Assembly (NCBI GenBank): GCA_976551045.1
Contig: CDPCPM010000256.1
Coordinates: 3,782,001 to 3,846,000 of the forward strand
DNA length: 64,000 bases
Direction of reading: 5' to 3'
Source of the DNA: Glaucostegus cemiculus
Lineage: Eukaryota
In this document: in pieces, positions 58,521 through 64,000 of the stretch
How the letters are laid out: every line of letters begins with the position of its first letter
Numbering within the stretch: the stretch's first letter is position 1
Position numbers and translations under genes: made by a program
Notes under the pieces: generated by a model
Database searches by the model: none
Seen by the model: the letters and a program-made list of their open reading frames with translations, nothing else
What the model was told of the DNA's origin: nothing

Positions 58521-59034
58521 TCCTTCTAGCTATGATTTTTGTAGTTCATTTAGACGTGAAAAATCATTCAAGCAGTTTGAAATTTAACCTATGTTGTTCA
58601 CCAAAACTGTCTACCTTTATTGTGCCAATGTGGAGAACTTGATTCCTTAGCGGGAGGTCAGGGGATTGTCCATTCCCCCTTTGTGTCTTGGTCTAGACAA
58701 TGCCTTTGTACGTATAATTGGCCTTGTCAATCCTGGATGTGGGAAGGGGGGAGGAATGGGTAAGGTCTTCCCTCTGCTATTGAAACATTGTGAGTACCTG
58801 TATCTGGACATCAGGTGTGGATAGAATCAGGCTTGACTAACACCTTCCACATCTGAATCTCCCATTGTCTTTTTATAGCGTAGTTGTTTTGAATAAGATG
58901 GAAGCTAGCTGATAGTATCTTCATGACCATTATCAACACCTTCAGCAAAGGATATGAGGAGCAGTTGGTTATTAAGTGGTAGTAATATAGAGAACTGGGA
59001 ACTATTTGAACTTTAGGGATAATCAGTAAATTAA

Positions 59035-59700
59035 TCTATGTTGACTTTGATAAAGGGGAATATATACTGATGAGTGCTGCAGATGGAACTATTTCTGTCC
59101 TGGAGATTGCCCTAAAAATGAAGTGCCTATTGAAGTGGTAGGTGGCCAATTGACATTCTTGGGATCTGTTTGAATTAAAGCAGTGGTGGTAACTTGAGTA
59201 CCTTACTGGCTGAGGAGTAGGAAGCATAGTGGTGAACAGATGTTTTTTGATTGGTCATAAGTGTGTAATGGGATCTCCCAGGCTTTTCTATTGGGACTAC
59301 CGATTTGAAATGTCCTGGAATTGAAAATTGGGGATGCAGTTTTGAGTTTACAAGATTTAAAATCTTTACTGGTTTCCTTTACCTTCCAACCTTGGAACTT
59401 CAACCTTGTATTCAGGAAAAATGTTTCCCAATTGTTTTGAGCAGAATTGAAGTGGACAAAGGCAATAATAAGGTGGGTGAAACGGGCAAACAGATGGGAG
59501 ATATAATTTAACTGCTATTAACTATTAAAATGCTGCATTTTGGGAAAATCGTGTAGAGTTCAAGTAGTCTTAAAACTATTTTACATTGGCTCTTTCAACA
59601 AAGATAATTAATTTGCAAGATTTTGAAAATTTGAGATTTTGGACTAAATTGAGTAGTTCTTTCGTGGAGTCTCTAACATGAGCTGAATGGCTACTTGTGT
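59035..59700 (+). mobile_element. Highly degenerate CR1-type LINE RT fragment
   Basis: Remnants of DF/DK..., W.W, and ctgcattttgggaaa (LHFGK); boundaries approximate. Confidence 0.45.
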
Positions 59701-62700
59701 TCAGGCTTCACTAAACTGTTTTGAATTACAGGGCAACTTTTGTTTCCAATCTATTTTGAGTGCAAACCTACAGTAACAGACCCGGTTGTCAATTGCAATT
59801 GTAAGAACAGCCATCTGAGGAAGGAAAATTATTAACGTCAATTTTGTCAGTTTAAGGTGCCTGTTCAGGCAGAACATGAGGACATTGCTCTGCCCTGGTC
59901 TGTGTACCTGACCTTTACGTTGTTTATGATACTGGATAATAGGTGAGAATTGTTCCTGGAAACTACCATGGACCTCAGTGCACCAATTGTTTTTGCCAGT
60001 TGTGGGAAAGCTCATTCTGAAAGGAATTCGATTCCATTGGCAATAGTGTTATCTGGCAAGCGAATAAGCCAATTTAAATTCTGCCCACCAAGCCACATTA
60101 CCCAACAACCACCACTGCAGCCTTATTTACTAGAGTGTATTGAACCACAAGATTTGAGGTCAACCAACTTGAACCAAACCAGAGAGAGACACGACATTCT
60201 GGTTTGTATTGCATAATATGATACCACGGTGCTGTGAAGATATAAATGGCTCTTGTTGTAAAAATGATACACTGCTGTCACATGAATACTAACTTTCAAG
60301 TTAGGGGCATGAAACTGCAAAGTTTCCATTTTTGTACCAGGCCCAATTGCTGTTGATTTTTATCGTTGAAGTATTTCCAAGTGGTTGTGTGCATGAACTG
60401 ACTGTCATAGATTGTACTCCAGTGTAACTACAGCTTTAGAGTAAATGTCATTGTTGTAGCAGAAGGCATCTTTATAAAGCAAAACAAAAATCAGTAATTT
60501 GATTTGTTTCATTCAGTAGCTGACTCCAGTGGCCAGATTTATACACACATTAACATAATTGCGTTATGTGGTTTTGTGGCATCTTCCTGTTGCTGATTGG
60601 AAACTTTTACTGCCTGTTGAATAACATTTTCTGGGTCAGCTCAGATATCCCATTGGTTAAGTGATGAGCATTCAATAGAAAATAGCTAGCTGGGTCAACC
60701 ATGCTGTTATGATTTGGAGGTGTGATTGACAAAAATAAGACAGGTCATAATTTACACAAATAATGGAGCCAACAATGCTGGGGCACAAGTTCTAGAGGGT
60801 GCCTGAATTCAAGTGACAGCATTATTTTCATAAACAGGAAATAACCATTAGATGCTCCAAGCTCCCCCATTTATAAATGTTGACATTACCTTCCTGCCAT
60901 AATGCATCATTTGAAACAAGATGCAACCCTTAATCCTTTCCAAACGGTGCTAAGTAAGACTGGTTAGACCACATCTTGTTGTGAACTGAAGCACAGTGTG
61001 AAGGTGGCCCAAGGAAGTGCCTGTAGGCTCAACACTTCAACCCTGCTTCCACTTGTACTCTGACCTCTGTCTTTGGCCTCCCACAACTGAGCTAAACCCA
61101 AGGTCCAGGACCAAATGCTCATCTTTTTGAGCTTGATCTGAGCTTTAACCTCAGAAATTGTCTCTGGTATCCATTTTCACTTAAGGGGAATAGGAAAGGG
61201 GAGATGGATAGATGCTTATGGGAGAAAAGTAGACACTGCAGGTGGCCTGGGTTGTGGGGGTGGTGGTGGAGGCGGTTGATGTTCAGATTTGTTGTTCTAC
61301 ATCTAGGTGATTGGATCTAGAGGCTGACTTTTCAATCTGAGCCCAAATATGTGTAAGATTAGCTCTGGTGTATGTTCTAACAGGTGGGTTGGGTCAGTTC
61401 AACCCATGCCATACTGGCCCAGCTTGGTACTTTATCCAGGTCAGATTGATTTGCTTGGCATTGCCATGTGTTCGTGGTTCTTGATCAACTTTCAGTATTT
61501 CATTTCCCCAGCATATCAGTAGCATGTTTAAGCTATTTGTATTTTTGGCAATAGACAGTTTGGGTGTATGACAATTTTTATAGTGTTACGGTCAGGTTTG
61601 ACTGACAGTGGTCAGGTTTGGGTTGGATTTTAACTGGTTCCCTGAGCAACCTTTAGTTTTTCCTCTTTGTCAGTCCACTAGACCGGGCCCATGATTCCAG
61701 CGCTCACACAGTTTTAAACATTTCAGAGCCTAGGATCCATTGCATAATCCCTTGTTCAACTTAAGTGCCTCAGTTAGCTGACCCTTTATATGACTTGACA
61801 GGTCTCAGCCAAGCCATTTGGAGGCTATTCTATCCTCAACCTGTTCTCATTTGGTCACTGGTTTCTCTTTCACAAAGCAACTTGGTTCATCTTTTGGTTT
61901 TCAGTTCTGAAGAAAGGCACACCTCGCACCTCAACATTGACTTTCTGATTCTAGGTAGATGTAATGAATGATCTGCAATCTGCTAACTGCATTCTTTTAT
62001 ATTTTACCATATTGTTCTGATTTCAGGAATAGTGCAGTCTGGATTCTCTGATTTCAATGTTTCCTCTATCAAAGTTGAAGATGAAAAAGAAAGCTTTTTG
62101 CACTCCATCAAATAATTTTTGGTGTTGCACCAATCTTTAAGTGGGCAGCATTGAAAACCAGTGTGCCCGTGGTGAAATCTCACATGCAAGGAAAAGAATG
62201 GTGTGGTTTCATTGGTGGTGTTGCTTGACAGTGGAATGCTGGCTCGGACACCAACCACCATCTGTACTGTCGTTCATACCCATCTGAGCTGGCAGGCAAG
62301 TCATAGTTTCATTCTTAGATACCTCCAACCATGGCAACATCCCCTCAGCAGTGGAGCACCCGTCTAGATTGTGTTTGCATTCTAGAGCAAAGATGAGCTA
62401 TAAACTTAGGAATTGTGAGTACTGTAAACCAAGTCAAACAAAGACATTGTATCTGTGTTCTGTCTGTGGGAGGTTGCCCATTGAGTATTAATTGGTACTG
62501 AACAAAGAGTAGTTTAACATTGTACATCCTTGCCCATTATGACCAGCTTTGAAAAGGTCATTCTGGGTTATGTTTTCTTTTATCCTTCCACATCTAAGCC
62601 ATTACGATCTATTTTGTCAGAAAAATGTAATCATTGACCATAGTCTGTTGAATAGAACTTCAGCACAACAGAGGTAGGGCAGCTCTTCCAGCACAGACTT

Positions 62701-64000
62701 TTAAATGAAAAGGTGGTTCTGCAGCTGAGCAATGCCTTAATGCTACTTAACTGCCTCTCGAGTTGCTTTGAGCAGAACAGACTTAAATGGGTCTGTAAGC
62801 AAAATCATAGCCTAGACAGTCTGGAATATATCTTGTTCAAAATTAAGTATCTGTACAGAAGTGGTCAAACACAAGCTGATTCAAACACATCCTCTAATTG
62901 TAGATGGAGTCTTTCAGTATCAAAGTATACTAGTAAAAAATTGCTGTGAAAACATTAAAAAATATACTTTTTTTGTTATATTACTAAAGTGTAAGATGCA
63001 CATCCATAAAAAGATATCAGCAATGTCACTCTGTCTTATAAATGTGATGGGTACTATAGTGACTTTATGATATGGCCATATTTAATTCAGCTATATTGAA
63101 GCATTGTTATATAAAACACAGCCGAATTGTTTGTATGCTGTTGATTAGTCCAATAGCTGTGAGATTGAGTTTATGCAGCATTTGATGATCAATGTTCCAA
63201 AGCACATGGTGACCAATAAAGTATTTAAGTCCATCCCCTGTGACGGAGAAGGTGCAACCTATGAGCCAAGTCCGACATCAATAACTTTATGATTGACAGC
63301 TCACTCACTCATTTACTGGCCTCCATTGCCAGATGAGATGCATGATGTTTTAATGGCGGACAAGTCATTTGTTATCTCCATTTGCAAAAGTCTTTCTACT
63401 GACTACCTTGGCAAAGCAGCACCACCGGTAGACAAAATCAACTGGCAGTTGCTTTCTCCTGCACTAGGAAGGCTTTCCTCATTGTGACATAACCTGGGTG
63501 AAATGAGACTGAAGGCAGACTGTAATGAGATGATGGAAATAAGTGCTGAAAAGCAAGGAAGTGAGGCATCATCAGTGAAGAGGCAGAACCTTTGAGAGAT
63601 TTTGTCACTTCTGATATTGCCTCATTCTCTTCGTTCCCATGAGCTCATTTTGCCCTTCAGCTGAGAACACATACAAGCAAATGCCTGCCAGGAAGCCCAT
63701 CCCAAGCCCTTGGTTGGGTTTCAGTAGCAACAGACACTCCCAGTTTATTAACCCTGATCCTTCTATTGTGCTGCACTGGAAACATTTCAGAGACAAAGAA
63801 TAATAACGCCTCAACATTTTAAGACATTTAAGTTCTCCTTTAAGAAAGCAGATGAATCTGTCAGAATGTGTGACCTAATTACAAGAATGGCTGTCACTGA
63901 AGTAGTGGACTCTAAGGTGGAGTCAAGGACACTTGGTGGGTGAAATTATTCTGTCTTAACCTTGAGGAACTGCCCTAAATTTTCACCCCTGATTGACCAA

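Noticed and set aside
60550-60600. RUNX (TGTGGTT) + ETS (CTTCCTGT) + CCAAT motif cluster
   Set aside because: Short motifs are expected by chance and there is no other support without conservation data
55000-64000. A second protein-coding gene downstream of FUBP3
   Set aside because: No recognisable coding exons or CpG island seen; ORFs are short and uninformative

Overview
Vertebrate nuclear DNA, AT-rich and full of old retroelements. The V-domain tRNA-SINEs with a CR1-type tail, the Penelope-like remnants and the Deu-domain SINEs point to a cartilaginous fish, probably a ray (inference). The window holds most of one + strand gene, FUBP3 (far upstream element-binding protein 3; 4 KH domains plus C-terminal tyrosine-rich motifs). 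I traced 18 coding exons by hand from 3045 to the stop at 52897-52899. All have GT-AG boundaries with consistent phases and total 1683 nt (560 aa + stop). Exon 1 lies upstream of the window, and exon numbers assume one upstream coding exon. A ~1.6 kb 3'UTR with several AATAAA signals follows, then ~9 kb of apparently intergenic DNA. Nearly all ORFs in the supplied track are spurious or transposon-derived, and there are no prokaryotic systems. The most interesting signals concern FUBP3 RNA processing: (1) a 13-bp hairpin burying the branch point and pyrimidine tract of an intronic acceptor that opens an in-frame 137-codon alternative C-terminus; (2) a FUBP1-like tyrosine-motif cassette exon that I recall being absent from human FUBP3; (3) a candidate 21-nt UGC-type microexon; (4) a decayed tandem copy of exon 15; (5) several candidate poison exons; (6) an exon beyond the main poly(A) site; (7) inverted young SINEs bracketing exon blocks. 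All are sequence-based predictions that need RNA-seq and cross-species alignment.
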